DNA of 64,000 nucleotides from Solirubrobacterales bacterium (GTDB lineage Bacteria; Actinomycetota; Thermoleophilia; Solirubrobacterales; 70-9). The stretch lies in assembly GCA_036276255.1 (NCBI GenBank), contig DASUPK010000050.1:26093-90092 (forward strand). The letters run 5' to 3'. The notes under the pieces are model-generated. The model was not told the DNA's origin, did no database searches, and saw only the letters and a list, made by a program, of their open reading frames with translations. Positions 8,476-17,920 of the stretch are shown one piece after another. The position numbers and the translations under genes are program-made. Numbering within the stretch: the first letter of the stretch is position 1; each line of letters starts with the position of its first letter.

Positions 8476-9242
8476 GTGCCTGGGGCCTTGGGCGCCTTCG
8501 GATAGATGAACTTGTGGCCGAGCAGCTCGGCCACCGTCACGAACTTGTAGCCGCGGTGGCGGAAGTGGCTGAGGATCGCCGGCAGGGCAGCGACGGTCTC
8601 GCTGCGGTTGCCGCCGCCGTCGTGCATGACGACGATCGAGCCGTTGTGGGCGTTCGAGATGACGTTGGAGACGATCGCGCCGACGCCCGGAGTGGCCCAG
8701 TCGCGGGGGTCGACGTCCCAGTTGACGGTGGTCATGTGAAGTGCGTGGGCGCGCGAGATCAGGCCGCTGTTGACGTTGCCGTCCGGCGGCCGGAAGTCGC
8801 AGGGCCGGAACCCGGTGGCCCGGCGAATCAGCCGGTTCGTCTCGTGAAGCGAGCCGCTCGACGGGTAGGTCTCGTGGTGCAGGGAGTGGTTGCCGATCTC
8901 GTTTCCCTGCCTGAGGATCTTCTTCATGGTGTCGGCTCGGCCCGGGGTCTCCTGGCCGATCTCGAAGAAGGTGGCGTGGGAATCGAAGCGCCGCAGGACC
9001 CGCAGCACCTGTGGCGTGTAGTCACTGGGGCCGTCGTCGAATCCGATCGCGATCCGCTTGCGGCCTCGTGGGCCGTTCGTGACGAAGGAACGGCCGCCGT
9101 GCGTGCACCCCGTCGGCGTGACGGGCCCGGGGCCGTTGTTCCGAGGCCGCCCGGGAGCAGGCCGACTCGCCCCGGCGCTCGCGCCTGAGGCCGCGACCAG
9201 GGTCAAGGACGCCATTGCGATGAGGATGATCCGCCCCTGCAT
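8472..9242 (-). CDS. polysaccharide deacetylase (NodB homology domain), secreted
   Basis: ATG 9242 within ORF 8472..9443 gives a signal peptide (MQGRIILIAMASLTLVAASGASA). NodB motifs GFDDGP and NHSLHH. The stop overlaps the fetB stop in the palindrome CTAG. Confidence 0.85.
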   Translation of the reverse strand: MQGRIILIAMASLTLVAASGASAGASRPAPGRPRNNGPGPVTPTGCTHGGRSFVTNGPRGRKRIAIGFDDGPSDYTPQVLRVLRRFDSHATFFEIGQETPGRADTMKKILRQGNEIGNHSLHHETYPSSGSLHETNRLIRRATGFRPCDFRPPDGNVNSGLISRAHALHMTTVNWDVDPRDWATPGVGAIVSNVISNAHNGSIVVMHDGGGNRSETVAALPAILSHFRHRGYKFVTVAELLGHKFIYPKAPKAPGT

Positions 9243-9312
9243 CGGAACACCCAAGTCTCGCGTGTGAAGCGCCCGCCCGCAAGGGGCCCAACGGCGCTCC
9301 CCGCTAGGCTCG

Positions 9313-10950
9313 TTGTCAGTGGAGGATGAGCGCCGCCGACTGCGCTTCACCATCATCGCGACGATCCTGGGGTCGACCGTCGTCTTCCTCGACGCGACGG
9401 TCGTCAACGTCGCCCTGCCGGCGATCAGCGACGACCTGGGCACTGGCCTGGCGGACCAGCAGTGGGTCGTCGAGGCCTACCTGCTGGGGCTGGTTGCCCT
9501 CCTGCTGGTCGGTGGCTCACTCGGCGACCAGTTCGGCCGCCGTCGGATCTTCATCCTCGGTCTGGGCCTGTTCGGCGCCACCTCGATCCTGTGCGGCATC
9601 GCCCCCAGCAGCGGGGTGCTGATCGCCGCGCGCGGCCTGCAGGGGTTCGCGGGCGCCCTGCTCGTTCCGGGATCCCTGGCGATCCTCGCCGCCACCTTCG
9701 AGGGCGCCGAGCGCGGCAAGGCGGTCGGGACCTGGACCGCCTGGACCGGGATTGCGACGGTGATCGGTCCGGCCGGCGGAGGCGCGCTGATCGAGGCGAT
9801 CTCCTGGCGCGCGATCTTCCTGGTCAACGTGCCGCTGATCCTGGTGACGATGTGGATCGCGCACCGCTTCGTACGTGAGACCGTCGACCCCGAGGCCGAT
9901 CGCCACATCGACTGGCTCGGTATCGCGACGTCCGCAGTGGGCCTCGGCCTGCCGGTGTTCGCCCTCATCCAGGAGCCGACCAAAGGCTGGGGCGACCCCG
10001 TGGTCTACGGGTCCCTGATCGCGGGGATCGCGATCTTCGCCTTCTTCATCTTCTGGGAATCGCGATACCGCCACGCGATGCTCGATCTCAGCCTCTTCAA
10101 GGTCCGGAACTTCGCGATCACGAACATCGAGACGCTGGTCGTCTACGCCGGGCTGTTCGGCGCGTTCTTCTTCATCACGCTGTTCCTGCAGCAGACCGCC
10201 GGGTACTCGCCGATCGGCGCAGGGCTCGCAACGACGCCGGTCTCGGTCGTCATGTTCCTTCTCTCGCCGCGCTTCGGGAAGATGTCGACGGGGATCGGGC
10301 CGCGCGTGCCGATGACGGTGGGGCCAATCATCGGCGGGATCGGGCTGATCATGTTGACGCGAGTCGGCGCGAGCCCCAACTACCTCACCGAGGTGCTCCC
10401 GGCGATCCTGGTCTTCGGGCTCGGGTTGTCGGCCACGGTCGCGCCGCTGACCGCCACCGCGCTCAACTCGGTCGAGGAGCGCCACGTCGGGGTCGCCTCC
10501 GGCATCAACAACGGGGTCTCCAGGGTCGCAGGGCTGCTCGCCATCGCGATCCTAGGCGCCATGATCGCGAGCAAGTTCACCTCGACAATCGACACCAACC
10601 TGGCCGGCAAGCATCTCTCCCCACGGGCCGAGCGGGTCGTCAGCAAGGCGAAGGACAAGCCGCTCGGCACGGTCGACACCGCCGGCCTCTCGGCCGTCGA
10701 GGCCACCACCGTTGATGACGCCGTCACCGACGCGTCGACGGACTCATTCCATGAGGGAGTGTTGGTCGGCGGCCTGCTGATGATCTTGGGAGGCGTGATC
10801 GCCGGCATCGGCCTGCGCAATCCGAGCCGGCAGAACGAGTACGAGGGCCCGGGGGCGGCGACCGCCGGCGAATGTGCCCATTGCCCGGAGCATCTCGACG
10901 GCACGCCGCGGCGCGAAGAGGAGTCCGAGCCCGTGGCCGAACCGGCATAG
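9313..10950 (+). CDS. MFS transporter, DHA2 (EmrB/QacA-like, 14-TMS) family
   Basis: 545 aa. LDATVVNVALPAI, GSLGDQFGRRRIF and LQGFAGALLVPGSLAIL motifs are typical of the DHA2 family. Confidence 0.88.
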   Translation: MSVEDERRRLRFTIIATILGSTVVFLDATVVNVALPAISDDLGTGLADQQWVVEAYLLGLVALLLVGGSLGDQFGRRRIFILGLGLFGATSILCGIAPSSGVLIAARGLQGFAGALLVPGSLAILAATFEGAERGKAVGTWTAWTGIATVIGPAGGGALIEAISWRAIFLVNVPLILVTMWIAHRFVRETVDPEADRHIDWLGIATSAVGLGLPVFALIQEPTKGWGDPVVYGSLIAGIAIFAFFIFWESRYRHAMLDLSLFKVRNFAITNIETLVVYAGLFGAFFFITLFLQQTAGYSPIGAGLATTPVSVVMFLLSPRFGKMSTGIGPRVPMTVGPIIGGIGLIMLTRVGASPNYLTEVLPAILVFGLGLSATVAPLTATALNSVEERHVGVASGINNGVSRVAGLLAIAILGAMIASKFTSTIDTNLAGKHLSPRAERVVSKAKDKPLGTVDTAGLSAVEATTVDDAVTDASTDSFHEGVLVGGLLMILGGVIAGIGLRNPSRQNEYEGPGAATAGECAHCPEHLDGTPRREEESEPVAEPA

Positions 10951-10956
10951 GCTGTC

Positions 10957-11388
10957 GTGATGGCCGATCTCCACCCCGAGGCCCGCAAGCTGATCGAGTC
11001 AGGACGGCTCGCCCACATGGTCACGCTCAACCCTGACGGTGGCCCCCAGGTGAGCTGCGTCTGGGTCGGCTTGGACGGGGACGACATCGTGAGCGGGCAT
11101 TTGCCGCGCAACCAGAAGGTGAAGAACGTGGAGCGCGACGGGCGCGTGGCGATCTCGATCGAGACGGACACCGTCAGCGAAATGGGGCTGATCGAATACC
11201 TGGTCGTCCGCGGGACCGCGCGGGTTGAGGAGGGAGGCGCGGCGGAGTTGCTGCAGCGGCTCGCGCACACCTACCTCGGGCCGGACGTGAAGTTCCCGCC
11301 CATGGACGACCCGCCCGCCGGATACGTCATCCGGACCACTCCGGAGAAGGTCGGCGGGGTCGGGCCGTGGACGGGCAAGAGCGTCTAG
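10957..11388 (+). CDS. PPOX-class (pyridoxamine 5'-phosphate oxidase-like) probable F420-dependent enzyme
   Basis: 143 aa. LAHMVTLNPDGGPQVSCVWVGLDGDDIV...NVERDGRVAISI pattern of Rv1155-like split-barrel proteins. ATG 10960 is an alternative start. Confidence 0.78.
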   Translation: MMADLHPEARKLIESGRLAHMVTLNPDGGPQVSCVWVGLDGDDIVSGHLPRNQKVKNVERDGRVAISIETDTVSEMGLIEYLVVRGTARVEEGGAAELLQRLAHTYLGPDVKFPPMDDPPAGYVIRTTPEKVGGVGPWTGKSV

Positions 11389-11410
11389 CGGCCACCGGGC
11401 GAAGCCGGGC
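11385..11410 (+). repeat. collapsed short copy of the CTAGCGGCC...GCGAAGCC repeat family
   Basis: CTAGCGGCCACCGGGCGAAGCCGGGC. The family 5' end (CTAGCGGCCACC.GG) is fused directly to the 3' GCGAAGCCG motif. Its TAG is the stop codon of the PPOX gene. Confidence 0.5.
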
Positions 11411-11424
11411 ATACTCTCGCCGCA

Positions 11425-12411
11425 ATGCGCATCTTCAGCGGCATCCAGCCGACAGGGCGAAAGCACCTCGGCAACTACATCGGGGCCATCCGCCAGTACG
11501 TCGACGGCCAGGACCGGGGCGATCCGGCGATCTACTGCATCGTCGACCTCCACGCGCTCACCGTCCCCTGGGACCCGGTGACGCTTCGCGAGAGCGTCTA
11601 CGACACGACCACCATCCTGCTCGCCGCGGGACTCGACCCGGAGCGCTCCATCCTCTTCCGCCAGTCCGACGTCCGCGAGCACTCGGAGCTCACCTGGTAC
11701 CTGTCGGCGCTGACCGCGCACGGCGACCTCAACCGGATGACGCAGTTCAAGGAGAAGTCAGCCAAGCAGCGGGAGCTGGTCTCGGCGGGCCTCTTCTTTT
11801 ATCCCGTGCTCCAGGCCGCGGACGTGCTCGCCTACAACGCCGATGAGGTCCCGGTCGGCGAGGACCAGCGCCAGCACATCGAGCTGACCCGCGAGATCGC
11901 GAGGCGGTTCAACGAGCGCTTCGGGCCGATCTTCGCGGAGCCCGAGCTCCGGGTCCCCGAGGTCGGCGCCCGGATCATGGACCTGCAGGAGCCGACGAAC
12001 AAGATGTCGACGACCGGTGGCAGCGAGCAGGGGACCGTCCTGGTGCTCGACGATCCGAAGACGGTCACCAAGAAGATCAAGAGCGCGGTCACGGACTCGG
12101 GCTCCGAGGTGAAGCGCGGCAAGGGCAAGGAGGGGATCGCGAACCTGATCGAGATCCTGGCCGTGGCACGCGGGGCGAAGGAGGAGGAGATCGAGCGTGA
12201 GTTCGAGGGCTCCGGGTACGGCGACTTCAAGGGCGCCGTGGCGGAGGCCGTCGTCGAGTACCTCGCGCCGGTCCGCGAGCGCTACGAGGAGCTGCGGCCG
12301 GACCAGGCCGCGCTCGAGAAGGCGCTCGGGGCGGGCGCGGAGAAGGCACGCGCGATCGCTGCGGAGACGCTCGCCGAAGTCCGCTCGGCCATCGGCGTCG
12401 GTCCGGCCTGA
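11425..12411 (+). CDS. trpS: tryptophan--tRNA ligase
   Basis: 328 aa. SGIQPTG..HLGNY (HIGH region), KMSTT (KMSKS region), VPVGEDQRQHIELTR. Confidence 0.95.
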   Translation: MRIFSGIQPTGRKHLGNYIGAIRQYVDGQDRGDPAIYCIVDLHALTVPWDPVTLRESVYDTTTILLAAGLDPERSILFRQSDVREHSELTWYLSALTAHGDLNRMTQFKEKSAKQRELVSAGLFFYPVLQAADVLAYNADEVPVGEDQRQHIELTREIARRFNERFGPIFAEPELRVPEVGARIMDLQEPTNKMSTTGGSEQGTVLVLDDPKTVTKKIKSAVTDSGSEVKRGKGKEGIANLIEILAVARGAKEEEIEREFEGSGYGDFKGAVAEAVVEYLAPVRERYEELRPDQAALEKALGAGAEKARAIAAETLAEVRSAIGVGPA

Positions 12412-12432
12412 CCTGGCTCTACTGTTTCGCGC

Positions 12433-13158
12433 GTGACCTCGGTCGCCGAGCTTGACCTCGACCTGGACGTCTTCCAGGGTCCGTTCGATCTGCTGCTCGC
12501 GGTGCTGCTTCGCGAGGAGATCTCCCTGTCCGAGGTCCCGCTCGGCGAGATCGTCGTCGCCTACGTCGATCACATGGGGGAGGCCGGCGAGGTCGCCCTC
12601 GATCTCGAGGCGGTCACCGAGTTCCTGGTGCTGATCGCCGCCCTCTGCGAGCTCAAGTCGCGGCTCCTGCTGCCGGCCGAGGAGGGCGAGGAGGAGCTTG
12701 GGCCGCGGGAGGCGGCGGACGAGCTGCTCGCGCGGATGCTCGAGTACCGCCGCTACAGCGAGGCCGCAACCATGCTCAGCGAGCGGCTGGAGCGGGAGGG
12801 CGGAGTCCTCTATCGCTCGGCGCCGCTGCCGGCGGAGCTGCGTCGCGCGGCGCTCGATGCGGCGACGAAGGTCTACGAGCCAGATCGCGTCGGCGTCGCG
12901 CTCGGGGACCTGCTCACGATCCCGCCGGCGCCCGACACCCGCCACATCCGCACGACGGTCACGATCCAGCGGCGTCTCGGCGTCGTCAGGGAGCTGCTGC
13001 GCACGCGCAAGACACTGGACTTCGACGAGGCCTTCGGCAAGGAGGACCGCTTCACCCAGGCGGTCACGCTGTTCGCCCTGCTCGAGCTCTATCGCCGCGG
13101 AGAGGCGACCTGGACGCAGACGGAGACCTTCGGCCGGATCGAGGTGCACGCGCAGTGA
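12433..13158 (+). CDS. scpA: segregation and condensation protein A
   Basis: 241 aa. FQGPFDLLLAVLLREEISLSEVPLGEIV signature. Overlaps scpB. Confidence 0.9.
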   Translation: MTSVAELDLDLDVFQGPFDLLLAVLLREEISLSEVPLGEIVVAYVDHMGEAGEVALDLEAVTEFLVLIAALCELKSRLLLPAEEGEEELGPREAADELLARMLEYRRYSEAATMLSERLEREGGVLYRSAPLPAELRRAALDAATKVYEPDRVGVALGDLLTIPPAPDTRHIRTTVTIQRRLGVVRELLRTRKTLDFDEAFGKEDRFTQAVTLFALLELYRRGEATWTQTETFGRIEVHAQ

Positions 13159-13730
13159 CGGCTGACGGATTGGCCCAGACGATCGAGGCGCTGCTCTTCC
13201 TCTCGCCGGATCCGGTCCCCGCGGCCGAGCTGGCCGAGGCGATCGAGGTGGACGAGGAGGCCGTCGCGCAGGCGCTAGACGAGCTGGAGCGCGGCCTCAC
13301 GGACGATGGGCGGGGCGTGCGGCTCCGCCGGGTCGCGGGCGGCTACGCGCTCGCGGCGGTTCCGGAGGCGGAGGACGCGGCTCGGCGCCTTCTGGCAAAG
13401 CCCCGCACCCCGCCGCTGACCCAGGCCCAGGCCGAGGTGCTCGCGATCGTCGCCTACCTGCAACCGGTGTCGCGACCCGAGGTCGCCCGAATCCGCGGGG
13501 TGTCCTCGGACTCCGCCGTCGCGTCCCTGACCGAGCGCGGGATGATCGAGGAGCGCGGGCGGACCCAGTTCGGCGCGGTCACCTACGGCACGACGCCGCT
13601 GTTCGAGAAGCTCTTCGGCCTCTCCGGCCTGGACGCCCTGCCCGATCCCGCGCAGTTCGATCCGACCCCAGAGGACGAGCGCGAGCTCCGGGAGCGCCTG
13701 CTGAAGGCGGGTGAGCAGCGGGTCGAGTGA
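13155..13730 (+). CDS. scpB: segregation and condensation protein B
   Basis: 191 aa. IEALLFLSPDPV..., LTQAQAEVLAIVAYLQPVSRPEVARIRGV winged-helix pattern. Confidence 0.9.
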   Translation: MTADGLAQTIEALLFLSPDPVPAAELAEAIEVDEEAVAQALDELERGLTDDGRGVRLRRVAGGYALAAVPEAEDAARRLLAKPRTPPLTQAQAEVLAIVAYLQPVSRPEVARIRGVSSDSAVASLTERGMIEERGRTQFGAVTYGTTPLFEKLFGLSGLDALPDPAQFDPTPEDERELRERLLKAGEQRVE

Positions 13731-14476
13731 GGGGCCGGCTGGCAGCCGGTCTCGCGCTGGCGGCGCTCGTGGCGGGAACGACGGCGGGCGCTTCGGCCGA
13801 GCGGGTGGCGGAGACGGCGAGCGACCAGGTCCTCGTGGGGCGCTCCGTCCAGAAGCGGGCGATCCAGGCCGTGCAGATCGGCGACCCGGCCGGGTCGCGG
13901 GTCGCGCTGGTCGTCGGCGTGATCCACGGCGACGAGCCCGGGGGGCTGCGCATCCTCGCCGCGATCAAGCGGCGCGCCGCTGATGAGCGGGCGGCGCTGG
14001 AGGGCACGCAACTCTGGGCGATCGAGACGGTTAATCCCGATGGGCTGAGGGCACACACCCGCAAGAACGCACACGGCGTGGACCTGAACCGCAACTTCCC
14101 CTACAGATGGCGAGACGACGTCCCACGTTCGAACGGCTACTACCCCGGCCCGCGACCGGCCTCGGAGCCGGAGACGCGGTCCGTGCTGGCGTTCGTTCGC
14201 CGGATCCATCCCGATCTCTCCATCTGGTACCACCAGCCCTGGGGCGCCGTGCTCGCCTGCCGGGGCAGGCCGCCGATCGCGGCCGAGTACGCCAAGCTGG
14301 TCGGCATGCGTACGAGCTGCAGGGGCAAGGGCCTGCACGGCACGGCGATCACCTGGGAGATGCACGCGTTCCCGGGTACCGCCGCCTTCGTGGTCGAGAT
14401 GCCTCCCGGGAATGTCACGGGGGCCACTGCCGATCGCCAGGCGCGGGCGGCCCTGACCGTCGCGGAGGGTCGCTGA
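13727..14476 (+). CDS. M14-family zinc carboxypeptidase (murein peptide peptidase-like), secreted
   Basis: 249 aa. Signal peptide, zinc motif HGDEPGG, NPDG, DLNRNF. GTGA overlap with scpB. Confidence 0.8.
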   Translation: MRGRLAAGLALAALVAGTTAGASAERVAETASDQVLVGRSVQKRAIQAVQIGDPAGSRVALVVGVIHGDEPGGLRILAAIKRRAADERAALEGTQLWAIETVNPDGLRAHTRKNAHGVDLNRNFPYRWRDDVPRSNGYYPGPRPASEPETRSVLAFVRRIHPDLSIWYHQPWGAVLACRGRPPIAAEYAKLVGMRTSCRGKGLHGTAITWEMHAFPGTAAFVVEMPPGNVTGATADRQARAALTVAEGR

Positions 14477-14477
14477 G

Positions 14478-15185
14478 ATGATCCGCGTACTCATCGCTCT
14501 GTTCGCGGTCGCCGCCACGATCGCCGCCGGCACGGGATCGGGCGCCGGAGCCCAGCCGCCCGCCGCCACGACATATTCGGCGCCCACAAACACCGGCGCC
14601 GCATCAACCACGAAGCCGCCCATCCACAAGATGCTGATCCCGTATCCGAAGAAGCGGAAACGGGAGATGGCCGCCTACTCCAAGCGCCACTACGGCCAGT
14701 ACAAGTGGCGCCTCAACAACCCTCAGACGATTGTCATCCACTACGCGGTGGCCGGCAGCATCAGCTCGATCTTCAACACCTTCCGCAGCGATCAGCCCGA
14801 CGTCGAGTTCCACGAGCTGCCCAACGTCTGCTCGCACTTCGCCGTCTCCGCCTCCGGTGCGGCCTACAAGTTCGTGCCGCCGACGATCCGTTGCCGCCAC
14901 ACGGTCGGCCTCAACTGGACCGCGATCGGGATTGAGCACGTCGGCTTCTCCGACCAGGACATCCTCGGCCGCCCGGCGCAGCTCAACGGCTCGCTGCAGC
15001 TCGTGCAGTGGCTCCGCTGCCGTTTCGGGATCCCGGTCAGCCAGGTGATCGGCCACAACGAGAGCCTCTCCTCGCCCTTCTACAAGGAGCTCGACCCGCG
15101 TTTCCAGGGCCAGACCCACGGCGACTGGACTCACTCCGACATGCAGATCTACCGGTCCGACCTGAGCAAGCTCGGCTCCTGCTGA
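14478..15185 (+). CDS. N-acetylmuramoyl-L-alanine amidase (Amidase_2/PGRP domain), secreted
   Basis: 235 aa. Signal peptide. IVIHYAV..., SHFAVSASG, GLNWTAIGIEHVG and VIGHNE motifs of Amidase_2. Confidence 0.8.
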   Translation: MIRVLIALFAVAATIAAGTGSGAGAQPPAATTYSAPTNTGAASTTKPPIHKMLIPYPKKRKREMAAYSKRHYGQYKWRLNNPQTIVIHYAVAGSISSIFNTFRSDQPDVEFHELPNVCSHFAVSASGAAYKFVPPTIRCRHTVGLNWTAIGIEHVGFSDQDILGRPAQLNGSLQLVQWLRCRFGIPVSQVIGHNESLSSPFYKELDPRFQGQTHGDWTHSDMQIYRSDLSKLGSC

Positions 15186-15207
15186 GGGCCGCCGCCACAA
15201 TGGCGGC

Positions 15208-15903
15208 ATGAGGCTCGCCAAGTACCTCGCCCACGCCGGTGTCGCATCCCGCCGGGCCGCGGAGGGCCTGATCGCTGCCGGCGAGGTTCGCGTGGGTGGT
15301 CAGGTCGTGACCGACCCGGCGCGGGACGTTGGGGAGGGCTCGGATGTGCGGGTGGGCGGCCGAGCCGTCGCCCCCGAGCCCCGGGAGGTCTGGGCGGTCA
15401 ACAAGCCCGCCGGCGTGGTGTCGACGGCGCGCGAGCCGGGGCCGCGCCGCGCGGTCACGGAGCTGGTTGCCTCCGAGCGGCGGCTCTACCCGGTCGGCCG
15501 CCTCGACGCCGACTCGACCGGGCTGATCCTGCTCACCAACGATGGGGAGCTGGCGAACCGGCTCACCCATCCGCGCTACGGCGTGCCGAAGACCTACCGC
15601 GTTCGCCTCGTCCGTCCGCCGTCTGACGCCGATCTGGACCGGCTGCGCAGGGGTGTCCGGCTCCAGGATGGGCCGACGGCTCCGGCCGATGTCGGCCGCC
15701 GCGGAGAGCGCGAGATCGAGGTGACCATCAGGGAGGGGCGCAAGCGACAGGTGCGCCGCATGGCCGAGGCCGTCGGCAACGAGGTCGAGTGGCTCAGGCG
15801 CGTCAGGATCGGCGCCCTGGAGCTCGGGGACCTCCGCCAGGGCGAGGCCAGGAGGCTCGAGGAGGGGGAGGTCGCTGCGCTCTGGGAAGATTCCGCGTCA
15901 TGA
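15208..15903 (+). CDS. rluB: pseudouridine synthase, RsuA/RluB family
   Basis: 231 aa. S4 domain MRLAKYLAHAGVASRR. Catalytic GRLDADSTGLILLTNDG. Confidence 0.88.
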   Translation: MRLAKYLAHAGVASRRAAEGLIAAGEVRVGGQVVTDPARDVGEGSDVRVGGRAVAPEPREVWAVNKPAGVVSTAREPGPRRAVTELVASERRLYPVGRLDADSTGLILLTNDGELANRLTHPRYGVPKTYRVRLVRPPSDADLDRLRRGVRLQDGPTAPADVGRRGEREIEVTIREGRKRQVRRMAEAVGNEVEWLRRVRIGALELGDLRQGEARRLEEGEVAALWEDSAS

Positions 15904-16274
15904 GCGATGAGAGGCTGTGGGCGGTTCGCGGCGCCACCAAGGCGCCAAGCAACAACCCGGACACGATCGTCGAGGCGACCGAGGAGTTGATGACGGAGCT
16001 GATGGCCCGCAACGACCTCTCGATCGACCGGATGGTGAGCTGCATCTTCACGTCGACCCATGATCTGAACGCCGAGTTCCCGGCGGTCGCGGCCCGCAAG
16101 CTCGGGCTCGACAGCGTGCCGCTGCTCTGCGCCCAGGAGATCGACGTGCCGAACGGGATGCGGTCGGTGATCCGCGTGCTGCTGCACTACTACGGGCCGG
16201 CCGACCACACGCCGGCGCACGCCTACCTCGGCGAGGCTCAGGAGCTTCGCTTCGACCTGAAGGCGGCCCAGTAG
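15900..16274 (+). CDS. aroH: chorismate mutase, AroH class
   Basis: ATG 15900 (ATGA overlap with rluB) within ORF 15789..16274. LWAVRGAT...N....I...T.EL and SCIFTSTHDLNAEFPA match the B. subtilis AroH-type CM pattern. Confidence 0.87.
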   Translation: MSDERLWAVRGATKAPSNNPDTIVEATEELMTELMARNDLSIDRMVSCIFTSTHDLNAEFPAVAARKLGLDSVPLLCAQEIDVPNGMRSVIRVLLHYYGPADHTPAHAYLGEAQELRFDLKAAQ

Positions 16275-16363
16275 CTCCCCAGGTTCGCGAGGCCGCCCCG
16301 GACGACACCGAGGCGATCGTCTCGGTCACCGTCGCGGGCTGGCGGAGCGGCTACCGCAACATC

Positions 16364-16789
16364 GTGGCCCCGGACCGCCTCGCCGACCTTCCGGTCGATC
16401 GCTGGCGCCACGAGGTCGGCGTCGGGTTGCGGAGGCCGGTCGCCGACGCGTTCACCTACATCGCAGAGCTGGACGGCGGCTTCGTGGGCTATTGCTACGT
16501 GGCGGCTCCATCGCTGGAGGCCGACCTCGGCCCGGATGTGGCGGATCTGGTCGCGATGTACGTGGATCCGGACCACTGGCGGGAGGGGGTGGGAAACGCC
16601 CTGATGAACGCGGCGTTCGAGCGGCTGGCCGAGCTGTCCTACGAGGAGGCGGTGCTCTGGACGTTCAAGGAGAACGGCCGCGCCATCGCGTTCTACGAGC
16701 GCCACGGCTGGCGCCCCGACGGCTCCGAGAAGATCCACGCGCGAACGGGTGAGCCGGCGGTCCGGTACCGCCGTCCCGTAACAATGTGA
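16364..16789 (+). CDS. GNAT family N-acetyltransferase (true start probably upstream, near 16283)
   Basis: 141 aa from GTG 16364. Acetyl-CoA motif REGVGNALMNAA. A typical GNAT beta1/alpha1 segment (VREAAPDDTEAIVSVTVAGWRSGYRNI) continues in frame upstream to 16274 without a canonical start codon. Confidence 0.75.
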   Translation: MAPDRLADLPVDRWRHEVGVGLRRPVADAFTYIAELDGGFVGYCYVAAPSLEADLGPDVADLVAMYVDPDHWREGVGNALMNAAFERLAELSYEEAVLWTFKENGRAIAFYERHGWRPDGSEKIHARTGEPAVRYRRPVTM

Positions 16790-16793
16790 GCCG

Positions 16794-17888
16794 ATGACCG
16801 TCACGTTTGCCGAGAAGCTCTCGCGGATCCCCCACTACGAGCCGGGGACCTCGCTAGACGACGCCAAGGCCAAGGCGGAGACGGCCGACGCGGTCAAGCT
16901 CGCCTCGAACGAGTCTCCCTTCCCGCCCCATCCCGATGTGGTGGACGCCGTGTCCCGGGCGGCCGCGGAATCGAATCGCTATCCGGACCCCGAGGCCCGC
17001 GCCCTCCGCCGGGCGATCGCCGACCACCACGAGACCGATCCGGCTCGGATCGCGGTCTCGAACGGCTCCTGCGAGATTCTCCTCGCCGCCTCGCTCGCCC
17101 TCTGCGAGCCAGGCGACGAGATCCTCTATGCCTGGCCGTCCTTCTCGATGTATCCGCATCTGCCGGCGCTCTCGGGGGCGCGGGAGATCCGCGTGCCGCT
17201 GGCCGAGGGTTACGTACACGACCTCGACGCCATGCTCGAGGAGGTCACCGCGGCGACCCAGTTGCTGATCGTCTGCAACCCCAACAACCCGACAGGTACG
17301 CACCTGCCGGCGGAGCGCATCGGCGCCTTCGTCGAGAGCGTCCCGTCGCGGACCACGATCATCCTCGACGAGGCCTACGTCGAGTACCAGACCAATGACG
17401 ACCCGGACACGACGGTCGACCTGCTGGCCAAGCACCCGAACGTCGTCCTGCTTCGGACGTTCAGCAAGACCCACGGCCTCGCTGGGATGCGCGTCGGCTA
17501 TGCGCTCTGCTCGCCGCAGTTCAGGACAGCGGTCGACGCCGTTCGCCAGCCGTTCAGCGTGAACGCGCTCGCGCAGGCGGCGGCGGCCGAGGCGATCCGC
17601 CATCAGGACGACGTGGCCGACCGCGTCGAGAAGAACCTGATCGAGCGCGTCTTCGTCGAGGACGCCCTGCAGGAGCTGGGCTTCGCGACTGCGGAGTCCG
17701 AGACCAACTTCGCCTGGATCGAGCTGGGCGACCTCGACGAGGGGGAGGTGGTCGCGGCCCTGAGCAGGGCCGGCGTCGCGGTCAGGCCCGGCACTCCGCT
17801 TGGGGGCCCGGGCTGCCTGCGGGTCACCTATGGCACCCGCGCCGAGAACGAGCGCTTCCTCGCCGCGTTGCGCGAGATCGCGGGCTGA
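16794..17888 (+). CDS. hisC: histidinol-phosphate/aromatic aminotransferase (class II PLP aminotransferase)
   Basis: 364 aa. KLASNESP, NPNNPTG, and PLP-lysine motif RTFSKTHGLAGMRVGY. Confidence 0.88.
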   Translation: MTVTFAEKLSRIPHYEPGTSLDDAKAKAETADAVKLASNESPFPPHPDVVDAVSRAAAESNRYPDPEARALRRAIADHHETDPARIAVSNGSCEILLAASLALCEPGDEILYAWPSFSMYPHLPALSGAREIRVPLAEGYVHDLDAMLEEVTAATQLLIVCNPNNPTGTHLPAERIGAFVESVPSRTTIILDEAYVEYQTNDDPDTTVDLLAKHPNVVLLRTFSKTHGLAGMRVGYALCSPQFRTAVDAVRQPFSVNALAQAAAAEAIRHQDDVADRVEKNLIERVFVEDALQELGFATAESETNFAWIELGDLDEGEVVAALSRAGVAVRPGTPLGGPGCLRVTYGTRAENERFLAALREIAG

Positions 17889-17920
17889 ATCCTTCGACTT
17901 CGCCTGTGACGTCTGCTTCA

